Below are positions 52,426 through 64,000 of a DNA stretch of 64,000 nucleotides, piece by piece. Numbering within the stretch: position 1 is the stretch's first letter; every line of letters begins with the position of its first letter. The translations under genes and the position numbers were made by a program. The stretch covers positions 4,950,783-5,014,782 of the forward strand of contig CM082580.2 in NCBI GenBank assembly GCA_040954595.2, read 5' to 3'. The notes beneath the pieces are model-generated. The model did no database searches and was not told where the DNA came from. It saw only the letters and a program-made list of their open reading frames with translations. The stretch comes from Balanoglossus misakiensis. Lineage: Eukaryota > Animalia > Hemichordata.

Positions 52426-53312
52426 ATTGTTTTGTGTTTCCACACTGAAGCCTCAGGCTCAAAGGAAATTGTCGCGGTGTTATTCTTATACCATAGCTAA
52501 TTATTAACAAAACGTCATGTTTTAGATAAGTGTTGGGTAGAGTTTGTACTCTGAAAGGTACTCTGACGTATGATTATTTTAAAAACAATTGAAACTGTTG
52601 TTAGCAACAGGCAAACAAAACACGTATTCTGGACACATGCCAAAAGAGAATCGATCACAATTATGCGTTGTTCGTATAGTTTACCCCTTGCCCTAGACTT
52701 GCTCCAAGTCTATGGGCTTCATTGTGTGTAGGGAACGTGTAGCGACGCTACCCGAAACCACAAGCTCAGTCCCAAATTCGAAACTCACCTCACTACCAAA
52801 AAACACGCTCAAGGCAAGCATGCACGCAAAAAGTATTGCAATTACTTATTAAGACAAAAAAAACCCACCGAAAACACAAAAAGTATTGAGATTTAAAAAT
52901 CACCAAGCGACTAGTGGGCTAGTCTACCCTTGCCCAGCCAAATGTAGGAACCTGGTGTTATCAGAAAATGGCTATTTTGTCTTGTTTTGTGCTTCCACAC
53001 TACTAAGCCTCATGCTCAAAGGAAATTGTCGTGATGTTATTCTTACTGATCTCAATGATAATAATAATAAAACGTCATGGTTTAATCAGTGTTGGGTAGA
53101 GTTTGCACTCTGACGTATGATTATTTTAAAAACAATTGAAACTGTTAATAATAGGCTGGCAATGCACGTATCATGGACACATGCCAAAAGAATCGATCGC
53201 AAGATTAATTATGCATTGTTCGGATAGTTTATCCCTTGCCCAGACAAATGTAGGAACCTCAGTGGTGTTATCAGAAAATGGCTATTTTGGTGTTTTTTGT
53301 CGTTTTCCACAT
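52426..53312. repeat. Diverged tandem repeat, unit about 310 bp, 2+ copies, interrupted by element copy 3
   Basis: ttgttttgtg(t/c)ttccacact..aagcctca.gctcaaaggaaattgtcg occurs at about 52427 and 52982. gtaggaacc..ggtgttatcagaaaatggctatttt occurs at about 52944 and 53250. Confidence 0.8.
52694..52926 (+). mobile_element. About 230-bp non-autonomous element, copy 3
   Basis: TAGACT..AGTCTA ends with 9-bp TSD cccttgccc. The neighbouring tandem unit shows the empty site (cccttgcccagacaaatg). Confidence 0.92.
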
Positions 53313-54118
53313 TGTTTGTTACAAAATCTTCTTTTCAAAACAACTTCCCTCCCAATTTCATAAAAAAATTAATTTAGGGTGTACAGGGGTGGTTTCTTTT
53401 ACTTTTTCCCCCTAAACAAAGTGAAGAAATATGTGGTATATTTTGGGGGCAAATTTGTCATTTTTGGTCAAAACTCTACTTCTCAGAAAACTCTACCCTG
53501 ATTGTTTCGAAATTTGGTTTGCAGGTTACTAGTCGTGTTCTCATGATGATTTACAAACCCTATGATAAAGGAGTCAAGAATGAATTTTGGGGCGATTTTT
53601 TTCATGTTTGGTAAAAAAAAATCCTGGATTTCCCTGAAACTAATTGTACGATTGCTTTGCAATTTACTTTGCAGTTTCCCAGGGGAATTCTTATTATGAT
53701 ATATCAAACTTATAATGAAAATGAAAATCTTGTACTTTGGGGGCATTTTTACAAAACTGTCAAGAGACCAGCTTTTCTATTTGGTAACTGCACAGTAGTT
53801 TACATGCAATTGACAGCTTATGGGTCAGTCAGTGTTTGCCTTCTGATCTTGTACTACGTATAGGCCTATATGACTGTCTGTATACATGTCTATCAGTAAT
53901 CTGTTTGTCTGTATGTGTGTATTCCGGTGTACACCTTTTCCTGTGCAATGAGACTACAGTGTCCTCGACGCTTGTTTTGATAGAATATTGCCTTTCTGCA
54001 CACTATTTATATCGCTGACGATCACAAAAACTGGCTTCGTTCATTGTCCACGAACAGGTGGGACAAAGGTGCACCCGTAATGTTACAATCATAAGCTGCT
54101 CTTGAGGTATTTACGGCA

Positions 54119-54259
54119 TAGCTGCAACAATTGTAGCCTTGGTGATGGGCTGGTTGAGCGCTGTCGGGTGGCTTGACCTTGGTGGGGCCGTCAGCGATCA
54201 AGCCACCCGACAACGCTCAACCAGCCCATCACCAAACAAGGCTACAATTATTGCAGCTA
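54119..54259. mobile_element. 141-bp palindromic element, TAG..CTA ends, 9-bp TSD
   Basis: Arms tagctgcaa.aattgtagcctt..ggtgatgggctggttgagcg.tgtcgggtggcttga. TSD tttacggca/tttatggca. Confidence 0.8.
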
Positions 54260-54362
54260 TTTATGGCACAGATGGACAGAAAAAACAGACAGAACGACGA
54301 ACGGACGCACAGACAGGCATAAACCAGTACGACATTAGTTTAACTTAAAACGGCTGTCGTAC

Positions 54363-54542
54363 CACAGGGGGCTCTCCTTCCGCGATTTTATTCTTTGTTT
54401 GTTTGTTTGTTGTTGTTGATTGGCATAATAAACAAATACATATTTCTTTATCAATAAATATGGTTTGTTGACATGTAAGGGTTAGGGTATATTCAACGGT
54501 TAGGGTTAGTGTTGGGATATATATTTGTTTATTATGCCAATC

Positions 54543-54595
<53 letters not shown>

Positions 54596-54693
54596 ACAAA
54601 CAAACAAACAAACAAACAAAAACAAACAAACAAACAAACAAACAAACAAACAAACAAATAAATAATAAAATCGCGGAGGGAGAGCCCCCTGTG
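54363..54693. mobile_element. Fold-back element with microsatellite-containing arms, CAC..GTG ends, 7-bp TSD (P-element-like ends)
   Basis: cacagggggctctcc.tccgcgattttatt and its inverse, with inner arms ttgattggcataataaacaaata. TSD gtcgtac at 54356-54362 and 54694-54700. Confidence 0.78.
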
Positions 54694-56905
54694 GTCGTAC
54701 TTGTAAACTATCAGCTTGTTTGTCGACTGTGAAGTCTCCCGGAACACATCTGTTGTAGAGACTATCGCGGAAAAATAATGTGAATATAAATGTACCTCTC
54801 GTTCATGATTATGTCGGAGTCTTCCAATTACCATTGCAGAAAAATCATGCATGCATGTTTTTGTCTTCAGACACTGATAAATTACGTATTGTAGATGAAT
54901 TACTTCCATTTCCTTATGTTATTTACACAATATTCTGCCAAGTTTTATCCACACTGATTGATTCCGGTTTTTGTTCATGAATGTCTGTCATATACCGTTC
55001 ACTTTAAGGATATGTCGTGCACCTTCAATACATTACATGTATAGGGATATTCACAAAATACGGCCGCGTATGGATGAGGGCTCAGTGAGTGACGTTTTGG
55101 ACGAGCTGAAATGTAAACTCTAATTTCTTATATTTGACATAGCTCTTTATTATTATCATACATGCAACGCCTGTATTTGGCACTTTCTATTGTTCTCGCC
55201 CCGAAGATATTTAGGGGTTATTACACGAATTTTGGTCAATTTTACATTTCAGCTTCCATGAAAAGAAATTCATTTTATGATGATATCTCTCAAATTTCAT
55301 TTCATGTTACAATGAGTAATATTTCGGAATCTGTAATTTAATTTTAATGGAGTGTTCTAAAACTGCAGATTGTGGGCTATTCCCCGAGAAAGTCTGGCAA
55401 ATTTCGATTTTAAAAGGTATATGGTGATGTCAACCTTCTATGTTGTTTTTGGTTCTCGGTAGATCAAAGTGTTGAAGCATTGTTTATCGTATGTGTTGCG
55501 ACATGACTAAATGCCAGAAATATGTACAGTACGCCCACCACTCGGTCGTAAATGTCTGTTTGAGATTTGTCTTTGACATAAGTTGTATCGACCGATTTGA
55601 AATTATGACTCTGTTATTGATCGTCGCTAAAGTCGCAAAAACTAAATCTCACGTTAATTTATTCATGTTTATACATGTATGATGTTTTAACAAGTTTCTG
55701 GTGCGGTGTTTACTCTATGGCGTGTCTTCATTTTAAAACACAATAGATACTTGTTTACAGCACACTCTAGAAAACGCACATTCTGAGCACATGCTAAAAG
55801 ATTTGAAATGTGGATAGATCGCTGTTAAACATTCTTCATATACTTAGTATTTCACCCCTTGCTCCATCCATATATTTTACCTGTGAACGAGCCATCTTTG
55901 ACATACTCAATCACGCGTACTGAAGGTCTAATAAGGAACTGGTCAGCTTCTCTGGCCTGGGATTCGCAGGGTTGTCAACAGTCTCGATTAGGGCGTGTCT
56001 GGTACCAGTGATTTGATTGGCTGTTATCGAGTTATTGGCATGTTTGTCATCGTTCGACAAACCATTTTTACATGGGTAGGGGCAAATTTTCACGCGTCAA
56101 GATCAATTATTTTTTTTACATTGTCATTGCATGAACAGTTTTTTTTTGCTTGCGAGTATTATCAGTCAAATCTATATGTTTTTTGACGCAATCGGTTGCC
56201 TTAATAACAGATCGATAAAAACGACACTTCATAATCGATTGTGATAAGGCAGTGAAATATTGCCCCTCAGACAATCACAACTATTTAGTGTTGCATTGTT
56301 CAGGTGGATGGGTACATACATGGGCGCACCCACTTAGAATTCGGCCTATCGCAATTTATGACAGCAAATTTTTACTGAAATACATGTACTTAGACTTATT
56401 GTGGGGGGGGGGGGGGGCAAGATGGCCGAGTGAATACAGGGTAAATATGCCTTAGCACAGGGCCTTCTGCCTTCACTTGTCAAAATTTGGGTAAATCGTT
56501 TAAATTCTTTTGGCGCGATTACATTGTAAAATCTAATATAAGCTTAGATTGCGACAGCCTAGGTATATGGTGATGTCAACCTTCTATATTGTTTTTGGTT
56601 CTCGGTAGATCAAAGTAGCATTGTTTGTCGTATGTGTTGCGACATGACTAACTGTCAGAAATATATGTACAGTGCGCCCACCAGCTGACGCCAACCACTC
56701 GGTCGTAAATGTCTGTTTGAGGTTCGTCTTTGACATAACTGTATCGACCGATTTGAAATTATGACTGTTATTGATCGTCGCTCAACTAGCGACGCTCGGA
56801 TAGCTATAAAAGTCGCAAAACTAAAATCTCACGTTAATTTATTCATGTTTATACATGTATAATGTTTTGACAAGTTTCTGGTACGGTGTTTACTCTATGG
56901 CGTGT

Positions 56906-57502
56906 CAGTCTGGTTTCAAGTAGGCTCATTGCACAGCAGGGGATTATGACTTGAACTGGCCAGTAACGTTTGAATTCCTCATTTGCATACAGTTTTTCAA
57001 CTTTTTTCAGAACGAAAGTTTAGCAACTTGCAACCCATTTCTGACAATTATTTCACCCCAGGCACATTACCATTCTCCGATTGGTGTAACTGGGCGACAT
57101 ACTAGGCGTATTTTCATAGCTATTGTTTGTTCTTTGCATCAGTTGATAAACAATCATCCGCAAAGTCGAAAATTTGTCATCTATTGACAGTTTTCATGAG
57201 CTATAACCCATGAAAAAAATGCAAATACGCTTAGCCTGTGACGCAGTGACACCAGTCGGAAAATGGTATCACCCACACCAAGGTGGGCGGAAGTTGGTCC
57301 TGGCGCTTTTTTCCCCATGATTCAAATTACAGTAAACGCCATATTGGAAATTCGGCCAACTTTCCCTCGATTTTGTAAAAAATCCCGTGACTTATACAAG
57401 GCGAATGTTTTTTTCTGAAAGAGTGACCTCAAAGCTACCAAATTATGTAGAAATTAGCTACGCCGGATTTCCCCTTTAATGAGCCTACTTGAAACAAGAC
57501 TG
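56906..57502. mobile_element. 597-bp TIR element (CAG..CTG, 3-bp TSD; AcademX-like) carrying one satellite-core copy
   Basis: 25-bp TIR cagtct(g/t)gtttcaagtaggctcatt with TSD tgt. The empty site ggcgtgtcttca is seen in duplicate copy 1 at about 55719. Confidence 0.9.
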
Positions 57503-58231
57503 TGTCTTCATTTTTAAAACACAATAGATACATACTTGTTTACAGCACACTCTAGAAAACGCACATTCTGAACACATGCTAAAAGATTTGAAATGTGGAT
57601 AGATCGCTGTTAAACATTCTTCATATACTTAGTATTTTACCCCTTGCTCCATCCATGTATTTTACCTGTGAACGAGCCATGTTTGACATATTCAATCACG
57701 CGTACAGAAGGTCTAATAAGGAACTGGTCAGCTTCTCTGGCCTAGGATTCGCAGGGTTGTCAACAGTCTCGATTAGGGGGCGTGTCTGGTACCAGTGATT
57801 TGATTGGCTGTTATCGAGTTATTGGCATGTTTGTCATCGTCCGACAAACCATTTTTTACATGGGTAGGGGCAAATGTTCACGCGTTAAGATCAATTATTT
57901 TTTTTACATTGCATGAACAATTTTTTTTGCTTGCGAGTATCATCAGTCAAATCAAAATGTTTTTTGACGCAATCGGTTGCCTTAATAACAGATCAATAAA
58001 AACGACACTTCATAATCGATTGTGATAAGGCAGTGAAATATTGCCCCTCAGACAGGCTATTTTTAACACTGACGATCACAACTATTTAGTGTTGCATTGT
58101 TCAGGTGGATGGGTCCATACATGGGCGCACCCACTTAGAATTCGGCTTATCGGCTTGACGGCAAATTTTTACTGAAATACATGTACTTAGACATATTGTG
58201 GGGGCAAGATGGCCGAGTGAATACAGGGTAA

Positions 58232-59117
58232 GGCTGCATTCACAAACACCTCTGGAGGGGGGGGGATTCAATTTTTTTTACCGCTAAATTTCACATGCCC
58301 CCAGTACACAACCCGAAATATTTTGAAATCCCCCCCCCCCTTCCGAACTGCTAAAATTTTGAAATCCCCCCCCCATTTTCTTTCACAGAGCAAAACACAT
58401 CATCTATCTATCTTGTAGTCTGGTTCCCTGCCCCAATCCCACCGCTGGCTGCGCTAACCCTAACCCTAACCCTAACCCTAACCCTTTCCCTTTAGCGTAG
58501 CGCAGCCAGCGGTGGGATTGGGGCAGGGGACCAGACTATCTATCTTGTAAAAAAGAAAAACAGCGCTCCCATGAAAAGAATTTGAAACTGATGTTTCCCC
58601 TCATCAGTGGGTATTAAAACTGAACATTGTATTTGTATTCTGTGTTGGGAGACATTGTAAATCGAGAATTGAAGGGGGTGGGTGTAAGAAAATTTTATAA
58701 AATACAGAGCTCAAAGCTGCATTTTAATGAATCCGGCAAAAGCAAATTAACTCAACTACCGGTATGTTGGGGAGGACAAATTTAACCCTCGCCGCTCAAA
58801 GTTATCATGGGGTGGGGGCAAGTCCCCTGACCTGGGACACTAGATAAACCAGTAAATGATTGAAAGGTGTTGATGAATGGAGGGGTGGATGTGGGAGGGG
58901 GTGTCCCCCTCCCACATTAGAAAATTTTGTAAAATAAAGGGTGCGAAACTACATTTTTGTGGACTCAAAATAAATATTTAGTCGTCAAAGTTTTCAAGTC
59001 CCCCCCTTTCAGTCCCTAAATTATTTCAAATCCCCCCTTACATACCCTAATTTTTTTTCAAATCCCCCCTCAATTCTCCCGCCCCCCCCCCCTCCAGAGG
59101 TGTTTGTGAATGCAGCC
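58232..59117. mobile_element. PIF/Harbinger-type MITE
   Basis: TIR ggctgcattcacaaacacctctggagggggg with TAA TSD. The empty site cagggtaaatatgcc is at about 56437. Confidence 0.92.
58416..58538. mobile_element. Palindromic mini-element copy 2, with (TAACCC)5 in the loop, nested in the Harbinger MITE
   Basis: Same arms as the 39737 copy, with perfect 9-bp TSD tctatcttg. Confidence 0.92.
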
Positions 59118-59289
59118 TAAATATGCCTTAGCACAGGGCCTTCTGCCTTCACTTGTCAAAATTTGGGTAAATCTTTTAAATTCTTTTGGCGCGATTACAT
59201 TGTGAAATCTAATATAAGCTTAGATTGTGACAGCCTAGGTATAATGTATTCTCTTGTAATAAAAGAACATACATTTTGTAACGCCTGAC

Positions 59290-60292
59290 CAGGCAGGGCA
59301 AAGGGGGGGGGGGGTAATTAAACAGCAGGGGATTATGCAATGCAAACACTTGAACTGGCCAGTAACGTTTGAATTCCTCATTTGCATACAGTTTTTCAAC
59401 TTTTTTCAGAACGAAAGTTCAGTAACTTGCAACCCATTTCTGACAATTATTTCACCCCAGGCACATTACTGGTACTATGAATGTACTACATGTGATTTTT
59501 CATGAAGTTTTATCGAGAAGAATTTCTTTAATTCCACTTACAAAATTGTGATCACGAAATTCAAAGTGACCTTGAAGTTAAAAAATCAAAAAAAAAAATA
59601 TCAGCCATACCCACACAAAAATTAACCCCCTCAGGTTTTAGAAACATTATTAAACTCCTCTATTCATAATTTTGACATGAAAATATCCATGCCGTGGGTC
59701 AAGGACCACAATTTACAGTGCCATAGGTCAGTCCTGAGAAGTCAGTCAGCGTGAATAGTGTATAGACTCCGTATGTAATATGCTAATGAGAGTTAACGAC
59801 GCGTTGAAAAGGAAGCCATTACGTCATGGGTTAACATGCGTTGACCTACTTCAATGCATACACATATGGCAAACACGGCTGTACTCGTCGATGGCGAAGG
59901 CAATTTTTACACCGTCATTACTCCACAACGGAGCGGCTCACACTATTAAAATTTCATGGTAACTTAGTTCAATATCTTCCTAACCTACCCAATTTTTTTC
60001 AAAACAAGAAATCTTTGCCGAGAGTCAAGGACCACAATTTAAACCAACATACCGAAACTGTCTTTCTCGGGAACGCGTCGTTAAAACTTCACGAAAAATC
60101 ATCCTATCATTGACTGTGGTGTTTCATACACGTCTTAGAAAAATGGATGCACTACGATCACTTGAAGTACCGAAAATCTCCGTTTGAAAATTTTTCCAAC
60201 CGGCCGTAACTGCCACTCAGTGACGTTCACATTCAAATAGATCTCTTTGATGTCACCGCCGTAATTACCCCCCCCCCCCTTTGCCTTGCCTG
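59290..60292. mobile_element. About 1-kb TIR element (CAG..CTG, 4-bp TSD; AcademX-like)
   Basis: TIR caggca(g/a)ggcaaa(g)n-taatta with TSD tgac. The subterminal 59322-59469 matches 56934-57070. Confidence 0.82.
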
Positions 60293-60935
60293 TGACTATG
60301 ACAACCTGCAGTATTGTTCTAAAGAAACGAGCAGCACAATATACAGATTTTAGAAGCTAATAGCCTCGCTTCCGGACATACGCATTCAGCTCCGTCTTTG
60401 TGTGCGTTCTTCAAGCAACAGGTGTTTATACTTGACTTTCATTTTTGTCCATGATACAGTATCGAGAGGTAGAACAATCACACTATATGGGCTAATAATA
60501 ATCGAGGAATCGTGAAATGACAAAACAGCAAAATGAAGACATAAAATCCAACATAAATGGACGACAATTTAAATAAATACATGTAAAATCGAATACCCCT
60601 TATACAGCGCCCCCAAGTGGCCAAAGATTTGGAAAGACATTACAGGGACCGGGACGGAGGGAGGATCGGTTTTTTCCAAAACGACGCAGTCACGATGTGA
60701 AAAATAATGTTTACAAGAAAATATGACTCTCTCCTTCATGCCACACTCAGCATTAATGATATTTTAATAGACCGATAATTTCTCACTTATCCTTTGCAAT
60801 ATCATGATCGTTTATTATAGCCTGCACGGGGGATGGTGATCTCTGACCATAAAATTGATGATGCCCGACTAATTCTTTTTATCTAGGTATCTATCTGTTG
60901 CTTTGAAATGGCAAAAAATGCCTATTATGACATAT

Positions 60936-61248
60936 TATATTATACCAGTATATTGATGGTGTAAATCACGCTATTTGATTGGTCGAGACACGACACGTGA
61001 CCGTGATATATTAGCCATATACCACAGTCATATATCATAGTCAAAGAAAATGCCTTTTTAAAATGTTTTATGCAAAGTTTCAATATACTGGCATAATATA
61101 ATAGCAATAAAACACCCCCAGCCATGGTATACCACTCGATTTTGACCAGTTCAACTCCATATACGCACTCGCTATCGCTCGTGTGTATATGTCGTGAACT
61201 GGTCAAAATCTCGTGGTATACCATGGCTGGGGGTGTTTTATTGCTTAA
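60936..61248 (-). repeat. Inverted partial copy of the 47675 hairpin-ended element
   Basis: Near-identical reverse complement of 47675-47988. Confidence 0.85.
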
Positions 61249-62795
61249 ACAATAAATAGTACATTGTATATCGATTTCAGACTGACTCAAATTTCCACAC
61301 AATAAGTTACAGGGAGATTACAATAATTTTAGAATGAAGTGTAAAGATTAAAGTTTAGCTGAACTCTATTTACATGTACATGAATTTATCTGATCCGTTT
61401 TAAATATTGCTGATGTAAAAAAAAAGAAACACATAGGAAACATGTAACTTCAGCAAAGTACAAAATCAAAGGCCCTTCTCTACTCCAAGGGCACAGGCAA
61501 ATCTACTTCAGTACTTTGAATAAAATCAAGAAAAACTTTTCCTTGCACAAGAAACATAACTAGTAAAAAACAACCAAACTTTATTCACATTGCTTTGTGA
61601 GGCTTTATGATACAACCATTTGAGGGGTAGAGATGTGAAGCCACTTTATGTTTTTACCCTTTCACCCCCAGATCCCTCTTTAGAGGTCGAACCTTGCCAT
61701 AGAAAACAATGGGTTTGGACTGAACCATGGTGGTGAAAGGGTTAAAAGACCTGAAAGTTCAGTGACAACACATCAGATGACTCTGAACTCTGCAAAAGTC
61801 AAACCAAGTGACCGTGAACCAACTAACACCTTACTCTAACTCTCCATTCAGCCTGCGGTTCGTTTCAAAATGGCCGCTTTTCCTGGCAATTGTTTTGGTT
61901 TCTCACGATGATCATTACCACCAGTCCTGGGGTTCCTTGTGCCGACTTTCTAGAGACCTTGCACTTCTACAGCACTGAGTTACCTGGCCAACTTTCTGCT
62001 CTAATCCGTGGCTTGGTAATAATACTTCTGCCAACAGTTGTACAGATATTTTTGACAGACAGAAAAACTGTCAAGTACTGGCACACACTTGGTGCGTTGA
62101 CACTGTTGAATTCTTTTGAGAACTCACTTGACTAAGAATACCTATTCCCATGCCTGTACAAGAAATTTATTTTCTGTCGAGAAGACGCTGTCAGCTATGC
62201 GAGAGCCTTGATAGACATACAGTAAGCACGACTTTGTTAAGAACTTCCGATCCGAACAAAAAGCCTACCTCAACCAATCAAATTGGTAGGTACATACGAG
62301 TTTCAAACTACAAGTGTACGTGTAGGTACAGTGCCATATACAAAGTGATTCATGATTCACAGATGGACATGGGTGCAAAGCTTACATTGAGTAGAAACAG
62401 GAATATGTACAAGTCTAGTCTCACTTGTACATTTAAGTCTTGGAAGGGGGGGGGGGGTATGTTTAAAAAAAACAGAGGGGTAAATGATGTCCTCACACTA
62501 CCGAACATTTCTCAAATAGCATCTGAGTAAATTTTCCTACACATTACAAGATAGCACCAAAACAGAAACTTTTAATGTCTGGAATAAAAAAAAAATAGCT
62601 GGAATCCCTATCAATAATCAATCATAATCGGTACTATCAATTTACTAAAAACCTTGCAATCATGTATGACATGTCTTTCTTCGCACTGCATCTTCCTGGA
62701 CTGGCATCTTCCTGTATGTACTAAGTTTTACTCTAGTGTCTATCACTGTGTATGTTTGAATATTTACATTCCACACGAATGAACTACCGCATGGG

Positions 62796-63798
62796 CTAGC
62801 TGATAGTCAGCTGTGCAAATCCTATGAGTGCTTTGTCGTCGGCGACCTCATTGGCTTCACAACCTGAATTCTGAAATGAAACGATTGAAAAAAGTACGAC
62901 GATGAAACACTGATTCAACACCGATCAATCGCGGCAAACAAGAATCTTGCGTTAAAATTCGTGCGATATGCGAAACCTCTCAAAATCAGGACACCCGTCT
63001 ATTAAAAACAGATTTTTTGTCTCTGGCAAACTTGTCTGCTAACAGTGAGCAAATCTGAGACTTTGTCAAAATCTCCAGAGACAGACGCACGCTGTTACAT
63101 CACAGTGAGTGATGTAACCATGGTTACGAAATGAACTGATAGGACAAGGAGGCAGTGTCATGGAAATTCAAAAAGTGCTGAGATTCCAAACAAGATTTTT
63201 ACAACACCCTACTGAATGACAAAGTTACGGTTGAGGACTCACCAATCCAAATGTGATAGACTTTGACTTGGGTGGCTTATCAAGAATCTTCTGAAGATTT
63301 GCAGCAACTGAATTGAAACGGAGAAAAAAAAGGTATCAAAATCACTGAAATGACATTTGCATCGTAAATGCAATTCTTTCGACTTTGGTATAATCACCCA
63401 TGTTGGCCACTGAGTTTGGAAGTTCAGATATCGTGGCTTGAGGTGTGTTTCTCTATTTGCATTGCCTTTTTTTATACAAAAGCATGATAGTGTTTTGAAG
63501 ATTTTTTTGAAACAGGCAGACGGAATTTGAACTTGAGAAGAAAAACTCAAATCGGCCATCTTGAAATTGTGTCGGCCATATGAGATTTTCATCACACACC
63601 TAGGTAGCACTAACCGATTTAAGGTAGTGAGAATTGACAAGAAAGCAACACAAGACTGTTTGCCTGCTCCACTCACCTACTATGACGTCTTTGCCATCAA
63701 CTAACCCTGCAGCTACAAGTTCCTGTGAAATGCCATCTGCTGAATCTTTTCCAGGAGTGAAATCAAAACGGATATCGTTCAGTTCCTTTCGTACATTC
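62796..63798 (-). CDS. OXSR1: Last three exons (CCT/PF2 domain) of an OXSR1/STK39 (OSR1/SPAK)-family kinase; the gene continues past the right edge
   Basis: Exons 63798-63677 ([40 protein letters not shown]), 63307-63243 ([22 protein letters not shown]) and 62870-62796 ([24 protein letters not shown]). This is the characteristic OSR1/SPAK C-terminus. Confidence 0.95.
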
Positions 63799-64000
63799 CT
63801 GTGAGAAGAAGAATTCAAAAACTTCATGAGGCAAATTATGCATATATAAAAGTAGAACCATCATAGAGTGTCCAAATGTTTAGGACAAATGAAAAAGTTT
63901 TTTCAACAACATCTGGCAATGTAGCAGTACCATATTTACAGCTAGGGACAATTTATGCATTAATTTTGACAACTATAAATTTGATGTACAATCATAAAAC

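Larger units (their letters stand above)
55415..59243. repeat. Tandem duplication of a unit of about 1.15 kb; the second copy is expanded by insertions
   Basis: aggtatatggtgatgtcaaccttcta starts both copies (about 55415 and 56561). Both end ..aagcttagattg.gacagcctaggtat (about 56565 and 59241). Confidence 0.92.

Overview
This is eukaryotic (invertebrate animal-like) genomic DNA with spliceosomal GT-AG introns. Positions 1-12960 are the end of an 88-bp tandem satellite with a 5100-bp higher-order repeat and a diverged edge. After it come seven genes, whose spliced models I built by hand from splice signals and frame: (1) a + strand receptor tyrosine kinase with cadherin-like/EGF/Ig/EGF/HYR ectodomain whose 5' end is not in the window; (2) a - strand coiled-coil + ZU5-ZU5-UPA-Death domain gene (DTHD1/PIDD-like); (3) directly upstream on the same strand, a 199-aa CARD + Death domain adaptor (CRADD/RAIDD-like); (4) an intronless class A GPCR; (5) a 314-aa protein with a circularly permuted zinc-deaminase signature (PCxxC before CAE); (6) divergent from it, a US22/SUKH-like gene; (7) the last three exons of an OXSR1/STK39-like kinase. 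The rest is dense with non-autonomous TIR elements, several nested. The best leads are a possible deaminase-SUKH toxin/immunity-like pair, a PIDDosome-like gene pair, and a dispersed TIR element that carries a single copy of the satellite core. All family assignments come from motif recognition, not database searches.
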